DNA from: Fidelibacterota bacterium
GTDB taxonomy: Bacteria > Fidelibacterota > Fidelibacteria > Fidelibacterales > DSDE01
DNA length: 64,000 bases
Assembly (NCBI GenBank): GCA_046735395.1
Contig: JBJKQR010000062.1
Location: forward strand, 32,001 to 96,000
Reading direction: 5' to 3'
Within the stretch, counting starts at the first letter, position 1, and every line of letters starts with the position of its first letter. A model generated the notes under the pieces. It saw only the letters and a list, made by a program, of their open reading frames with translations, was not told where the DNA came from and searched no databases. The position numbers were made by a program, and so were the translations under genes. Of the stretch, positions 20,624 to 32,200 are shown in pieces.

Positions 20624-21484
20624 TCAGGGTTCGAACATTTTCAGCAGGTCCATTTTGGGCGGAACCGGCTTGCCTCCCTTTGCATTGTCCTGAATCTGAT
20701 GAACCAGATCCGTATAGGTCGGACGGTTCTTATGATAGATGATACCCAGTTTCAGATGGTCGTCGCTGTTGGCAATATCAAAGGCGGCAACTTCATCGGA
20801 CGGATCATGACTGTCATCAATGAAGGAGCTCTGTTCCTTGATCATCGTGAATTGATCACGTCCCATGAAGGTCGGGCAGGGGCTCAGGAATTCGACGAAT
20901 GAGAACCCCTTGTGAGCAATGGCATGCGAGAGAATTTCAGCTGATTCCTTCGGATACCCGCTGAAGGCGCGGGCAACGAAGGAGGTATTATAGGAGATCA
21001 TCATTCTTACGGGGTTGATGGGTGCTTCCATGTTTCCGTAGGCCGTGGTCTTGGTTTTGAGACCGAGGGGCGAAGTCGGTGAGGCCTGTCCCTTGGTGAG
21101 TCCGTAAATGGAGTTATTCATGACGATATAGGTAATATCAATGTTTTTACGGGCTGCATGAGGAATATGTCCGGATCCGATGGAAAATCCGTCCCCGTCA
21201 CCGCCGACGGCAATAACGGTCGTGTCCAGATTTGCCATCTTTGCACCCGTCGCGACAGGCAGAACACGTCCATGAACACTGTTGAAGCCATAGGTTTTCA
21301 TATAGCCGGGCAGCCGGCTGGAGCAGCCGATACCGCTGATAACCGCAAGCTGATGCGTGGGAATCTGCAGTTTGGCCAGAGCCTGGTACAGCGCGTTCAG
21401 CACGCCGTAGTCACCGCAACCCGGACACCAGATCGGTTTCAGGTCGCTTTTATAGTCTTTTGCTGTAAGATTTTGTATTTCCAT
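20624..21484 (-). CDS. korB: 2-oxoacid:ferredoxin oxidoreductase beta subunit
   Basis: WCPGCGD, SGIGCS, HGR, GGDGD, YGLTKGQASPT; ATG overlaps the alpha stop (TAATG). Confidence 0.92.
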   Translation of the reverse strand: MEIQNLTAKDYKSDLKPIWCPGCGDYGVLNALYQALAKLQIPTHQLAVISGIGCSSRLPGYMKTYGFNSVHGRVLPVATGAKMANLDTTVIAVGGDGDGFSIGSGHIPHAARKNIDITYIVMNNSIYGLTKGQASPTSPLGLKTKTTAYGNMEAPINPVRMMISYNTSFVARAFSGYPKESAEILSHAIAHKGFSFVEFLSPCPTFMGRDQFTMIKEQSSFIDDSHDPSDEVAAFDIANSDDHLKLGIIYHKNRPTYTDLVHQIQDNAKGGKPVPPKMDLLKMFEP

Positions 21485-23274
21485 TATTTTCCACATCCTT
21501 CTGATTTACATATTTCAACGAGTTTATCATAAATCTGTTCCACCGTAAAGGGAGACCCGCCGCTGATGGAGTAGGGCGTGATCTTGGTCCCGTAGTCACC
21601 GAAACGGATAAAACCGCGCAGATAACGTCTGAACGGACCAGCATAGGCAACTTCAGCGATGAGAACATGTTTTTTAGTCTTCATGAATTTCTCAAAAGGT
21701 TTGGTGAGGAAGGGGAGAATGAGCTGGGGCACGATAGCGGCCACATTGTAGCCATTTGCATTGGCCTTCTCCACGGCTTCCTTGACGGCACCCTTGCTGG
21801 ATCCCCAGGCAATCACTCCGATGGGTGCGTCATCCGGCCCGTATGTTCTGACGAACTCGAATTCTTCCTTGATGAGATCGTGCTTGGCAAAGCGTTTCAC
21901 ATTCATCTTCTCATGAATGTCCACGTCAGAGGTCGGCCAGCCGATTTCCGAATGTTCAATTCCGGCCGCCTGGTATTCACCGCCCTCGATACCGGGTTTG
22001 GTGATAGGTGAAATTCCGCTTTCGCTGTAACGGAAGCGCTTGTATTCCTTCAGTTCCTCGGCGGTGGGAAGCAGTCTTTCATTCACCTTCTTGAAACCGT
22101 ATTCAAGGTTTTTGAACCGGTCCGGATTGATGGATTCCTTCCGCTGCCCGATAAAACTGTCGGACAGGAGGATAACCGGGATCTGGTATTTCTCGGCAAT
22201 GTAGAAACTCAGAACGGTTGTATCGAAGCAATCCTCCACGTCGGAGGGAGCGATGACGACTCTCGGTGAATCACCATGGCTTCCCCAAATTGCCTGCATC
22301 AGGTCGGCCTGTTCGGTCTTCGTGGGAATTCCGGTGGAAGGCCCCACACGCTGAACATTCACAACGACGATGGGCAGTTCGGCAATGGAAGCCAGGCCGA
22401 TACTTTCGTTCATCAGGGAAATTCCCGGTCCCGACGTTGCGGTCATCGCCTTGGCACCCCCGAAGGATGCACCGACGATGGCGTTGATGGAAGCCAGTTC
22501 GTCCTCCATCTGCATGAAGACGCCGCCGTACTTGGGCATTTCCTTGGACAGCCACTGCATGACTTCCGAAGACGGTGTGATGGGATAGCCGGCAAAGTAA
22601 TTGATCCCGGAATAGAGCGCCCCGAAGGCGATGGCCTCATTTCCTTCCATGATCAGCTGAGCTTTGGCTTTCTTGTATTCGAAGGTAATATGATCCGTCT
22701 TTTTCAGATTATCGCGTACATAATCCGCACCGGCATGCACGGCCGTCAGATTGCTCTCTATGACTTCCGATTTCTTGGATGCGAAGCGTTTCTTGATGGA
22801 TTTGGCAAGCGCGTCATCCGGCAGTTTGAAAAGTTCGGATACAGCTCCCAGCATGACGATATTCTTTGCGAGAAGCGATCCGGCACTGTTCTTGGCGATT
22901 TCACCAAAGGGAATTTTATACCAGGCTTCCACATTCTTCATATCCAGCGGGATATCCTCTTCAGGAAATTTATCTTCAGAATCACTGACGATCACCAGAT
23001 TCTTCTTGAACATCATTTCGCCCTGGAAACGCAGAAAATCCTTCCAGCTCAGTACGACGAGCACATCAATTCTGTCACCCTGTGTCGCAATGGGGTTCTG
23101 GCTGATTCGCGTACGAACCGAACTTTCCCCGCCCCGGATCTGTGGACCGAAACTTTTCAGCATAAAGGTAAAAAGTCCGTCACTTGCCGCAGCATTGATT
23201 AAAATTTCCCCGGCCGAGATGATCCCGTCACCTCCGGAGCCGGCGATACCGATTACGATGTCATTTTGTCCCAT
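21484..23274 (-). CDS. korA: 2-oxoacid:ferredoxin oxidoreductase alpha subunit (gamma domain fused)
   Basis: GSGGDG, IRGG, AGYPITPSSE, QMEDE, TSGPG, RVGPSTGIPT. Confidence 0.92.
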   Translation of the reverse strand: MGQNDIVIGIAGSGGDGIISAGEILINAAASDGLFTFMLKSFGPQIRGGESSVRTRISQNPIATQGDRIDVLVVLSWKDFLRFQGEMMFKKNLVIVSDSEDKFPEEDIPLDMKNVEAWYKIPFGEIAKNSAGSLLAKNIVMLGAVSELFKLPDDALAKSIKKRFASKKSEVIESNLTAVHAGADYVRDNLKKTDHITFEYKKAKAQLIMEGNEAIAFGALYSGINYFAGYPITPSSEVMQWLSKEMPKYGGVFMQMEDELASINAIVGASFGGAKAMTATSGPGISLMNESIGLASIAELPIVVVNVQRVGPSTGIPTKTEQADLMQAIWGSHGDSPRVVIAPSDVEDCFDTTVLSFYIAEKYQIPVILLSDSFIGQRKESINPDRFKNLEYGFKKVNERLLPTAEELKEYKRFRYSESGISPITKPGIEGGEYQAAGIEHSEIGWPTSDVDIHEKMNVKRFAKHDLIKEEFEFVRTYGPDDAPIGVIAWGSSKGAVKEAVEKANANGYNVAAIVPQLILPFLTKPFEKFMKTKKHVLIAEVAYAGPFRRYLRGFIRFGDYGTKITPYSISGGSPFTVEQIYDKLVEICKSEGCGK

Positions 23275-23514
23275 TGAAATAATTCCTCCCGGGATGGTTT
23301 AATTATGTTATATGAATTAAGGGTTAAACGGTCATTATAGGTATATTAATTAGTCTAACAAAAGCAAGAATCGTGATACGAATTAAAGAGATATTTCGGA
23401 AGCAGTTCACGGCCTGCGGCCCTTTTATTAATAGCATGAAGTTACCAGAATGAAAACTCTATGTCAACATCTTATAGCCCCGGTGTGAGATTTCCAGCTC
23501 AATATTTAGGGGGT

Positions 23515-23547
23515 AAAAAAAACGGCAACTATTGGAAGCTGCCGTTT
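23515..23547 (-). terminator. Intrinsic terminator after tonB
   Basis: Minus strand AAACGGCAGC-loop-GTTGCCGTTT continuing into a T run. Confidence 0.7.
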
Positions 23548-23571
23548 GAGTATTCTTATTTTCAGAGTGCA

Positions 23572-24222
23572 TTACTTGAGTTTAAAAACGATGGGGATAG
23601 CAATCCAGACCCCCACGCTGCGGTCTCTCTGCTTGGCCGGTTTGAATTTCGTTTTCCGGATGGCATTGATCGCGGCTTCATCAAGTCCCGTATTTGCCAT
23701 ACCTTTCATAACCACCCAGTCCGTTACCACGCCACTTTCATTAACGAACGCCTGAACGATGACTGTTCCCTCAATCTGCGCTTCGCGGGCGATATCAGGA
23801 TATACCACGTTTTTCATAATGGCTGCATTTCCGCCGATAGGCTGGGGAGCCTCATCATAGGGAATGAATTTCACCCGGGGGCCGCTGTTATCATCCTTTT
23901 CAGGAGGAGGCGGCGCATCGGCAGCTGTATAGGTATCAAATTCAAAACCTTCCCATTCCACATCGTCCGCAACTTCCTCGCTTTCGGACATGACCGGAAC
24001 GGTGGGGCGCTGGGGTGGGGCAGCCTGCTGTACTTTTTCGGTAACCGGAACGTCGACGGTTTCCACCATAATGTCCGGGCCCTGAAGTTCAGTGGCTTTA
24101 AACTGAATTTTCGGCACAAAATACAGAGTGGCAACGATAATCAGCATCACCAGTACCGATGATACTTCAGCCACAAAGGGAGATCGTTTTTTCAACTGGT
24201 CATATTTACTGAGTTGCGTCAT
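23572..24222 (-). CDS. tonB: Energy transducer TonB
   Basis: N-terminal TM, Pro-rich linker, YPDIAREAQIEGTV...LDEAA...FKPA C-terminal domain. Confidence 0.93.
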   Translation of the reverse strand: MTQLSKYDQLKKRSPFVAEVSSVLVMLIIVATLYFVPKIQFKATELQGPDIMVETVDVPVTEKVQQAAPPQRPTVPVMSESEEVADDVEWEGFEFDTYTAADAPPPPEKDDNSGPRVKFIPYDEAPQPIGGNAAIMKNVVYPDIAREAQIEGTVIVQAFVNESGVVTDWVVMKGMANTGLDEAAINAIRKTKFKPAKQRDRSVGVWIAIPIVFKLK

Positions 24223-24231
24223 AATCCCTCC

Positions 24232-24642
24232 TTAGTTCACGGCTGTCGTGGCTGAATAGTTCAGCTTCAATGCATCCGCTTCGCGCAGTTCATTATGCAG
24301 TGAATTGATCACTTTCATGGCCACATTCTTATCAGCTCTCAGAGAAATAACAAGCTGGGGATCTGCAGCTCTCAATCCGTAGGCAACATCTCTGACTTTA
24401 TTCACCGGAACCATTTTGTCCTGAATGGACACAACGCCGTCCTTACTGACCCACAGAAAGGCAACGTGCCGCTTCGTATCGACCTTGGAGATTTCCTTTG
24501 CCGACGGCAACGTAACGTCCAGTCCATCGTATTGTCTCAATACCGTTGTCATCATGAAAAAGATGAGCAGCATGAAAATGATATCAGGCATGGATGCGGT
24601 GGAAATACCGCCCTGAACTTTATTTTTTCTCTCAAGTTTCAT
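24232..24642 (-). CDS. exbD: Biopolymer transporter ExbD
   Basis: SMPDIIFMLLIFFM TM with conserved Asp; LRAD. Confidence 0.9.
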   Translation of the reverse strand: MKLERKNKVQGGISTASMPDIIFMLLIFFMMTTVLRQYDGLDVTLPSAKEISKVDTKRHVAFLWVSKDGVVSIQDKMVPVNKVRDVAYGLRAADPQLVISLRADKNVAMKVINSLHNELREADALKLNYSATTAVN

Positions 24643-24653
24643 CTATCTCACCT

Positions 24654-25058
24654 CTATTCCCCGGTTGCAACGGATGTTCGCTGCAGGGCATTGGCTTTCT
24701 TCAGCTGATCAATGACTGAAACATAGACCTGATATTTGGTCTGATTATCCGTCTGCACCGAGAAGATCATTTTATCATTCTGCTGAAGCAGCTGTTTCGC
24801 CCGGCGGGACACATCACTGACGGGAATGACTTCATCATTGAAGAGAACGCGTCCGGCAGCATCTACAAGCACGTTGGTAATCTTGTCCTTGCTCACCGTA
24901 AAATCGCTGCCCTTTCCGGGAAGCACCAATCCGATTCCCTTATCCTGATCAACCGTACTCACAAGCAGAAAGAAGACCAGCAGAAGAAAGGCGATATCAG
25001 ACATCGATCCTGAATTGATTTCAGGTGTCGGTCTCCGTTTCTTTTTTCCTAAAAGCAT
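24654..25058 (-). CDS. exbD: Biopolymer transporter ExbD (second copy)
   Basis: SMSDIAFLLLVFFL TM. Confidence 0.9.
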   Translation of the reverse strand: MLLGKKKRRPTPEINSGSMSDIAFLLLVFFLLVSTVDQDKGIGLVLPGKGSDFTVSKDKITNVLVDAAGRVLFNDEVIPVSDVSRRAKQLLQQNDKMIFSVQTDNQTKYQVYVSVIDQLKKANALQRTSVATGE

Positions 25059-25072
25059 AGCTACCCTGCTGG

Positions 25073-25684
25073 TTATTTCACTTTTTGACTGAGGATATCA
25101 ATCAGTTCTACAGAAGATTCTTCCATCGATACGATAATCTTGTCAATTCTGTCCATGAACCAGTTCTGGAACAGGGTCATCATAATGGCCACAACCAGAC
25201 CGAACAGTGTGGTGAGAAGGGCTTCGGAAATACCGCTGGCAACAATGGCCGGCGTCATATCGTTGGCGGCCGCAATGTCATTGAAGGCGGACACCATACC
25301 GGACACCGTTCCGGTGAATCCGAGCATGGGAGCAACGCTGATGACCGTTGACAGCCAGATCTGATTTTTTTCCAGAAACGCCATTTCGAGAGAACCGGCG
25401 GACTGAATGGATTTTTCAACCTTTTCCATACCCTGATCCACGCGGCTCAGCGCTTCGTGGTAGACGGAAGCGACCGGTGAACTGCTGCTGGCAGTAAATT
25501 CCTTGGCTGCAGCAACACCCTCATCCTTCAGGATATTATTGACGCTTTTCAGAAACGTGCGCGTCTGAAGCTCAGCTGTCGTAAGAGAGTAGAAACGTTC
25601 GAATACAATTATCAGTCCCAGGACAAATACACCCAGGATCGGCCACATGAACGGACCACCCTTTAAAAATAAATCAATTAACAT
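25073..25684 (-). CDS. exbB: MotA/TolQ/ExbB proton channel
   Basis: GGPFMWP, APMLGFTGTVSGM, GISEALLTTLFGL. Confidence 0.92.
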   Translation of the reverse strand: MLIDLFLKGGPFMWPILGVFVLGLIIVFERFYSLTTAELQTRTFLKSVNNILKDEGVAAAKEFTASSSSPVASVYHEALSRVDQGMEKVEKSIQSAGSLEMAFLEKNQIWLSTVISVAPMLGFTGTVSGMVSAFNDIAAANDMTPAIVASGISEALLTTLFGLVVAIMMTLFQNWFMDRIDKIIVSMEESSVELIDILSQKVK

Positions 25685-25763
25685 GGATGAGAACCTCCGA
25701 TTTTTTTATTCACTCTTTTATTTTTTTCCATTGCAAAGATTTTAGGTATTATCCGCAAAAAAG

Positions 25764-27407
25764 TCAATCATTTTGATTGCTATTTTGATGGTACATGGCC
25801 ACCAGTTCATGAGCGTTTTTAAGCGCATCCAGAGCCGCCTGAAACTGGTTGTCATCCGTCAGTCTGGCCATGTAAAAGGCATCGTTTCCCCAGAGGGATT
25901 TTGCGATTTCGGAGCGTACCGACATGAGGATATCCGTCTGGTTCTCCTTCAGCTCTTCCAGCTTCAGCTCCGGTTCATATTCCAGGCTGTACTGGTAAAT
26001 CTGCTCCATGATATCCTCAGGAAAATGGTAATCCATCACAAAGTCCCGGGCCTCCGAAAATTTCGGCAGAGTCTCATTGATGTACTTCTGGGCGAATTTG
26101 AAGAAGATCCGGTTGGGGTTGCGATACAGCAGCCGGCTGCTTTCACTCAGGTCGAAGTCCCGTTTAACGATCACATCCGGCGTGATGCCGCCGCCGCCAT
26201 AGACGGTCCGGCCGGCCTTGGTCTTGAATTCGGGACGGTTCTCTTTATCACCGGCTCCGGCAGCAGCGCTGTCCGACTCCGTGTAGATTTCATTGTAATA
26301 TTCCTCGGTACCCTTGTCGTAAGGCCTCTGGATGAGACGTCCGGACGGTGTGTAATACCGTGCAACGGTCACTCTCACAGCAGATCCGTCCTTGAGCGGC
26401 CACTGACGCTGTACCAGTCCCTTCCCGAAGGAGGTTTCACCGACAATCATACCCCGATCCAGATCCTGAATGGCTCCGCTCACGATTTCGGAGGCGCTGG
26501 CGCTTCCCCGGTTGATGAGCACCACAATGGGCAGGTTCTTGTACAGGCCCTTGCCGGTGGCGTGATAGGATTCATTTGAATTTTTTACGCGGCCTTTCGT
26601 GTAAACGATCATATCACCCTTGTCCAGAAATTCATCCAGCATTTCCACGGCCTGGTTCAGATAGCCGCCGCTGTTGAAACGCAGGTCAATGATCAGCGAT
26701 TTCATGCCCTGGGCCTTCAGCTCGGAAAGCGCAGTACTGAATTCTTCCGCTGTCGTTTCGGAAAAGCGGTTGACCAGAACATATCCGGCATCGTCATTTA
26801 CCATGAATTTGGCAAGAACGGAGTAGATGGGAATATCGTCGCGAATGATATCCACTTTGAAGGGTTTGGGAACTCCGGCCCGTTTCACGGTCAGCACCAC
26901 CTTCGATCCTTTTTTCCCACGGAGACGCTTGAAGGTCTGCTCCCGCGTGATGTCCTTGGCGCTGCTGTCATCAATCGCGATAAACTTGTCTCCCGTATGC
27001 AGCCCGGCCCGTTCCGAAGGTGTTCCCACGATGGGAGAGATAACGGTGATGTATCCGTCAATGATATCGAATTCGATCCCGATTCCCTGAAAATTTCCCT
27101 GAAATTCCTCAGTAATATTTTTCAGCTGATCCTTGTCGATGTAAATGGAGTGAGGATCCAGTTCGCCCAGAAATCCACGATACAGGCCAGCCATGGCCTT
27201 GTCCCAATCCACATCATCCACATAATATTCATTCACGATGGAAATCATGTCATTCAGAACCGCCAGTTTCAGATAGAGGTCATTGCCCTTCTCGTCCGTT
27301 CCGGAGGATATTTTGGGAGAAATTACGATGGCTGCCACCACCGCAAGTAACAGGAAGGCGGTAAGTATTTTATGTTTTTTCATTATCATTCCTATCTTCG
27401 TTTTCAT
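25764..27407 (-). CDS. ctpA: S41 family C-terminal processing peptidase
   Basis: LDPHS, PDZ GIGI, DLRFNSGG, SASASE, FGKG, RYYTPSGR. Exact start uncertain. Confidence 0.93.
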   Translation of the reverse strand: MKTKIGMIMKKHKILTAFLLLAVVAAIVISPKISSGTDEKGNDLYLKLAVLNDMISIVNEYYVDDVDWDKAMAGLYRGFLGELDPHSIYIDKDQLKNITEEFQGNFQGIGIEFDIIDGYITVISPIVGTPSERAGLHTGDKFIAIDDSSAKDITREQTFKRLRGKKGSKVVLTVKRAGVPKPFKVDIIRDDIPIYSVLAKFMVNDDAGYVLVNRFSETTAEEFSTALSELKAQGMKSLIIDLRFNSGGYLNQAVEMLDEFLDKGDMIVYTKGRVKNSNESYHATGKGLYKNLPIVVLINRGSASASEIVSGAIQDLDRGMIVGETSFGKGLVQRQWPLKDGSAVRVTVARYYTPSGRLIQRPYDKGTEEYYNEIYTESDSAAAGAGDKENRPEFKTKAGRTVYGGGGITPDVIVKRDFDLSESSRLLYRNPNRIFFKFAQKYINETLPKFSEARDFVMDYHFPEDIMEQIYQYSLEYEPELKLEELKENQTDILMSVRSEIAKSLWGNDAFYMARLTDDNQFQAALDALKNAHELVAMYHQNSNQND

Positions 27408-27600
27408 TTACCGGGTCACCACCACGCTTTTATTCAGTAAAATTACGATTTAATTCAATAAAAGTTCAAAGATTTCTTTCCGGTCGGGCCGCGCCGCATC
27501 ATAATCCGGGAACCGAAGTCGCACAAGCATTGAAAATACTCAGATAATACTGCAATGATGAAATGATGATGCAGGGCTTATATTCTGAAATGATTGCGTC

Positions 27601-28308
27601 TCAGAGACCGAAATATATGAATACCTGCGCAAAGGGTGAAACGAGGGTCATGAGTCCGCCGCCAGGCGAATTTGAGACCGTATAATAGTCATCGACCTTC
27701 CAGGCTGTGGGCGGAATCAGGGCAATATGAGCACCGGCATTGAAGCGCAGTCCGCCCCGGCGCATGAACTGCCATAACCAGGAAATTTCCGGCAGAAAGG
27801 TCGGCGCGCTTTTCGCTGTAAGCCGCGCCCCGAATTCGGGTTTTGCAAAAATGGCGGCCCAGTCATTATTATGGCGGTTTCTCAGATATTTATAGCTGTA
27901 ATTGGAAATTCCCGCACTTAGATTCAGCGCGAACTGGCCGTGGGCGGATACGGGGAACACATATTCCACAAAGAGCAGTGACGATGACAGGGACATCTGC
28001 GAATACATGACTGAATCCGTGGAGGCAATATTTTCCGAACGCTGTTTTTTCCCGGCCAGAACCGAAGCCCCAAGTCGCCAGTGGTCACTGATGGTACCCC
28101 AGCCCTGCACGCCGTGCAGATAGGTATTTCCGCTGAAGTCAATTCCTTCCGGAGTCTGGGGCAGATCAATCGAAGGAAGCGAAACCCATGTGGGCGTATA
28201 TCCGATGCCGCCCCCGTAGAAGGCATCAAAATAATCCGTCTGCATCTGTGCAGCCACCGGCAGCGCCGCCAGGCAAAGGCCGAAGAGTATTCGTTTCAAA
28301 AGGCGCAA
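27601..28308 (-). CDS. Exported hypothetical protein, probable small outer-membrane beta-barrel
   Basis: TTG start with GGAGG RBS, signal peptide, amphipathic strands, ends QVFIYFGL. Confidence 0.7.
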   Translation of the reverse strand: MRLLKRILFGLCLAALPVAAQMQTDYFDAFYGGGIGYTPTWVSLPSIDLPQTPEGIDFSGNTYLHGVQGWGTISDHWRLGASVLAGKKQRSENIASTDSVMYSQMSLSSSLLFVEYVFPVSAHGQFALNLSAGISNYSYKYLRNRHNNDWAAIFAKPEFGARLTAKSAPTFLPEISWLWQFMRRGGLRFNAGAHIALIPPTAWKVDDYYTVSNSPGGGLMTLVSPFAQVFIYFGL

Positions 28309-28336
28309 GGAAACCTCCGCTGTTTCAGGGTATTAC

Positions 28337-29062
28337 TCAGAAGCCCAGCATCACCGACGCATTCAGATAGGGTGAAATCAGACGTATATCATCCGGCGCG
28401 GCAACGGGAATGAATCCATTGACCGTCCACGCGGATTGAGACAGCTGGCTGAAATGAAAGCCACTGACAAGCCTGACCTGAAAACGGTCCAGAATCTGCA
28501 GCTGCATGGACAGGCTCAGTCTCATAAAAAACTGCGGGGCTGATAACAGACTGTTCTGTGTCATGACCGTGTTCCGTCCGTCCAGAAACGCGTCCCAATC
28601 AGGACTTTTCACGATCTTCATATATTCGACCTTGTAGGAGTTCAGGCCGAATGTAGTTCCGAAACCGATAGTCATATTGTAGTCGACCGGCGCCGCATAT
28701 TCAATCGTCAGGCCGGTGGAGGCCATCACCGTCGCGGCCATGAGATTCGTATCCTGCAGAGACTCATTCACTTCATACCGTCCGCTCTGAAAATTTGCGC
28801 CCAGGCGCCAGGTATCACTGAAATGAACATAGCCTTCCATACCCTGCAGAACCAGCGGTTCATAATACAGATCCCGGGGATCGCTGCCGTAATCCAGCCG
28901 GATCTCAGGCATGGCGTCCCAGGTACTGTTGGTGAAATACATCATCAGCGCACTGTATCCCACGCCCCCCCGGGCAGTGTCAGAAGCCTGTCCGCGGAGA
29001 CTCGCGGCTGCCATACTGATGATGATGAAAAAGAGGGTTGAATAATTCCTAAAACGCTGCAT
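28337..29062 (-). CDS. Exported hypothetical protein, paralog of 27601-28308
   Basis: Signal peptide; shares GG.GY, G..G....SD.WRLG, AW.V and L.SP with its neighbour; ends SVMLGF. Confidence 0.7.
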   Translation of the reverse strand: MQRFRNYSTLFFIIISMAAASLRGQASDTARGGVGYSALMMYFTNSTWDAMPEIRLDYGSDPRDLYYEPLVLQGMEGYVHFSDTWRLGANFQSGRYEVNESLQDTNLMAATVMASTGLTIEYAAPVDYNMTIGFGTTFGLNSYKVEYMKIVKSPDWDAFLDGRNTVMTQNSLLSAPQFFMRLSLSMQLQILDRFQVRLVSGFHFSQLSQSAWTVNGFIPVAAPDDIRLISPYLNASVMLGF

Positions 29063-29219
29063 AACTATTGCTTATCGACGATCTTTTAATTCATTACTTT
29101 AAATATACCCGCTAAATTCCTTTAATACAACAGCATTTTTGCTTCGGAACTTGCTTTTTCCTTGATTTTCACTGTCCGTAAATCTAAATTCAAAAAACTT
29201 GAATCGGCAGGAAAATTTT

Positions 29220-32200
29220 ATGATCCCAGGTAAACATGTATTCCGATTTTTTACGAGACTTGTAATGATTGCGGGCCTGACGATCAGCCTGTGCGGGCCG
29301 ACGGCTCAGGCAGCCACGGAATGGCAGCTGGAATCAGGCAATTTTTCCATGACAAAATGGGCTTATCTGCCCCGCATCAGTTCGGAAAAGACGCATTATA
29401 TCGTGACGCTGCGGGCTTCGCTTCGGGACGGCGGCCCCCAGGCACTTACTGTCTACGCTCTGCATGAAGACGGCACACGGATTGAAACCCTCTGGAACTA
29501 TTCCGCTCAGGAAGGGACCCGTACCGTGATCAGTGATTTCTGCATCAGCGATCTGGATGCAGACGGACGCCCCGAAATCAGCGCCATCTTCAATATTGAC
29601 GGCGACAAGCAGCCGACCTGGCTGAGACTATTCGAATGGAACGGAAAAACTTTCAGCACGAATCCGGTGAGCAGCAGCAACATCATCGTGGACAGCCGAA
29701 GTCAGGATCGTCCCGGGCAGATTTTTTTCGATACCTTTGAGAATGGAAAGAGCGCCCAGCTGGCCATCCTGTTCAGAGGCAGCCAGCGCCGGGCCTATAC
29801 GCTCTCCTACGAAGGCAGCCTGGAGGGCGCGGTCTGGAGGACGGACAAGGAATTCGTCTCGCCCAAATTCACCAGCGGCAACAGCATCCTTTTCTGTCAG
29901 CCCATCCGCCTGCCGCAGGGACGCTCGTCTCAGATCATGTTCTATGCAGAGGACAATGCCACCACGCTTTTCAGTCTCATGGCCCTTGATCGCAGCGGTA
30001 AATCCCAGGAACTCGCCTCTCTGCTGGCAGAAGGAAAAACCGGCGGTGTCCCGACAATGGTGTCCCGTACCTCAGAATTCGGCCCTGCACAGGATCGTCT
30101 TTTTTTCTCCACGGACCGAAAATCCCTGGCCATGATTGCCTACACTCAGAAAAGCGGCCTGCAGCTTGAGGCTCTGGATATTCAGAGCGATTTTGCCCCC
30201 GAATCCATTATTCAGTACATTCCCACTGCGCAGGACACTTTTTTGCTTCTGGGATATAATAACACTTTCGCGTATACCGTATATCGGCTTGCAGACAATA
30301 CATGGAACCTTTGGGAAAACGGACGCACCCAGAGCAGCGGCACTCGTCTCTACGGAACAGCCTTTTCCAATGAATCCGGCGATCATCTCCTCACCGCAAC
30401 CGCTTCCCGCAACCGCATTTTTCTGGAAGTGGGCGATCTGCGCCTGACGGAAACAGCTCCGGAAAAACCGGCAGAGAACACGGCCGATGCGGTGAAAATT
30501 GATTCGGATCTGGATACTCTGGCCGTACTTGACAAGAAGGAAGCGGATATCATTCCGACAGCTCCGCAAACCGAAGCTGAAGCCGCAGCGATTCCCGCAC
30601 CCGCCCCCACCCTGATGCAGGATCTGAAATATAAAGTATCCCAGTATGATTATGTTTTCACACCTGCTGACACCTTTCGTCAGAATGTCAACGTCGGCCA
30701 GATGGACCCGGGCAATATGCAGATCGATTGGAAAGCTCCGGAAGGCGCTACCTTCAATATCAAAACCGGTGATATCACCTGGGATATCCGAGAGGATCAG
30801 CTGAATCAGCAGATTTTCGACCTGAAGATCGGAAACAAGGGCGATACCTCCGCATACTACTGGAATATTTACATCAACGATGTGCCCAGACTTCTGAACA
30901 AGGAGAAGGAATTCACCATCAGTCTTCACCAGCCCTTTTCACTGCAGCTGCAGGTACAGGATCGTAATACAGATCCGGAGCAGCATTTCGTACTGAAGGA
31001 TCTCGCCGGCGCCACCATCAGCGACAGCGGGCTCATTGAATGGATTCCGGATGAAAACCAGCTTGATGTGAATATCTTCAGCGTTCTCATTTCGGACGGA
31101 TTCAGCGTAACCGAGGAAAAATTCATGGTTTACGTGAATGACCCCGTGCGCATTGTATCCCGTCCGTCGACGCTTGTTCTCAGGGTGAACCAGCCCTGGC
31201 AGTATCAGCTGCAGGTCGAAGACCGCAATGAACCCGAACTCTTTCAGATCAGCTTCACATCCGAAGCCGTGCTGACTCCCTTCATTGAAAAAATTAAAAA
31301 ATTTCTGGTCGCTGATAAAATATCGGTGGAGCAGGAAGGACGGAAACGCAGCTATATTGATGTGCGCAGCAATGTCAAATCCATACAGATTTATGACAAC
31401 AAGCTCTACCTGACACTCGCCCGGAATAATGCGGATATTAAATTCAGCGAATATCTCAGCGGAATACTGGACATTGACTACAAATACATTCCCCGCTATG
31501 CGGTGCGGCAACTCAAGCAGACCCAATTCGACATGAGTCAGACCGTGGCAGGAATGGAAATCAACAGCAGTGGGGCCGTAACCTGGAAGCCGACTGCGGA
31601 TGATCTCAATTATCAGAGCGTCACGCTTCGCGTTTCCGATGTACTCAGCGAAGATACACAGACTCTGAAACTCTATGTGAACAGCCCTCCCCGGATCACA
31701 TCGCCCAGTAAGGCGGTAGTGCTGAATCCGGGACAGCTGCTGAGTTACAAATGCCAGGTTGAGGATCTGAATGAAAACCCGAAAATCAGCTACCGTCTCA
31801 GCAAGGACTCCCCGCCTGCTGAACTGGATTACACCGGTCAGCTCGTGTGGCGCGTCAAACCGGGCCAGTACGATTACAGCCAGCTCCGGATTATTGTCAG
31901 TGACGGCTATGATGAGGACGAGGTTCTCCTGATGATGTATGTGAATGACCCGGTGAAGATTGTTCCCTTTCAGCCGCTTTCAGCCGAAGTTGAAAAGGTC
32001 TGGAAACAGGATGTGAAGGTTCAGGATCGAAACAAGAGCACCCTGTATCGGATCGTGGTTGAGGATCAGTCGGTATTTTCCAATATCCGGGCGCAGATGG
32101 CCCTTTTCCTCAGCCGTCAGGCCGTTCCGGTAACCCATCCCGAATCCGCAGATGGCAAAGGCCGCGAAATCGATGTGCGGCCGGCAGTAAAAGCACTCTT

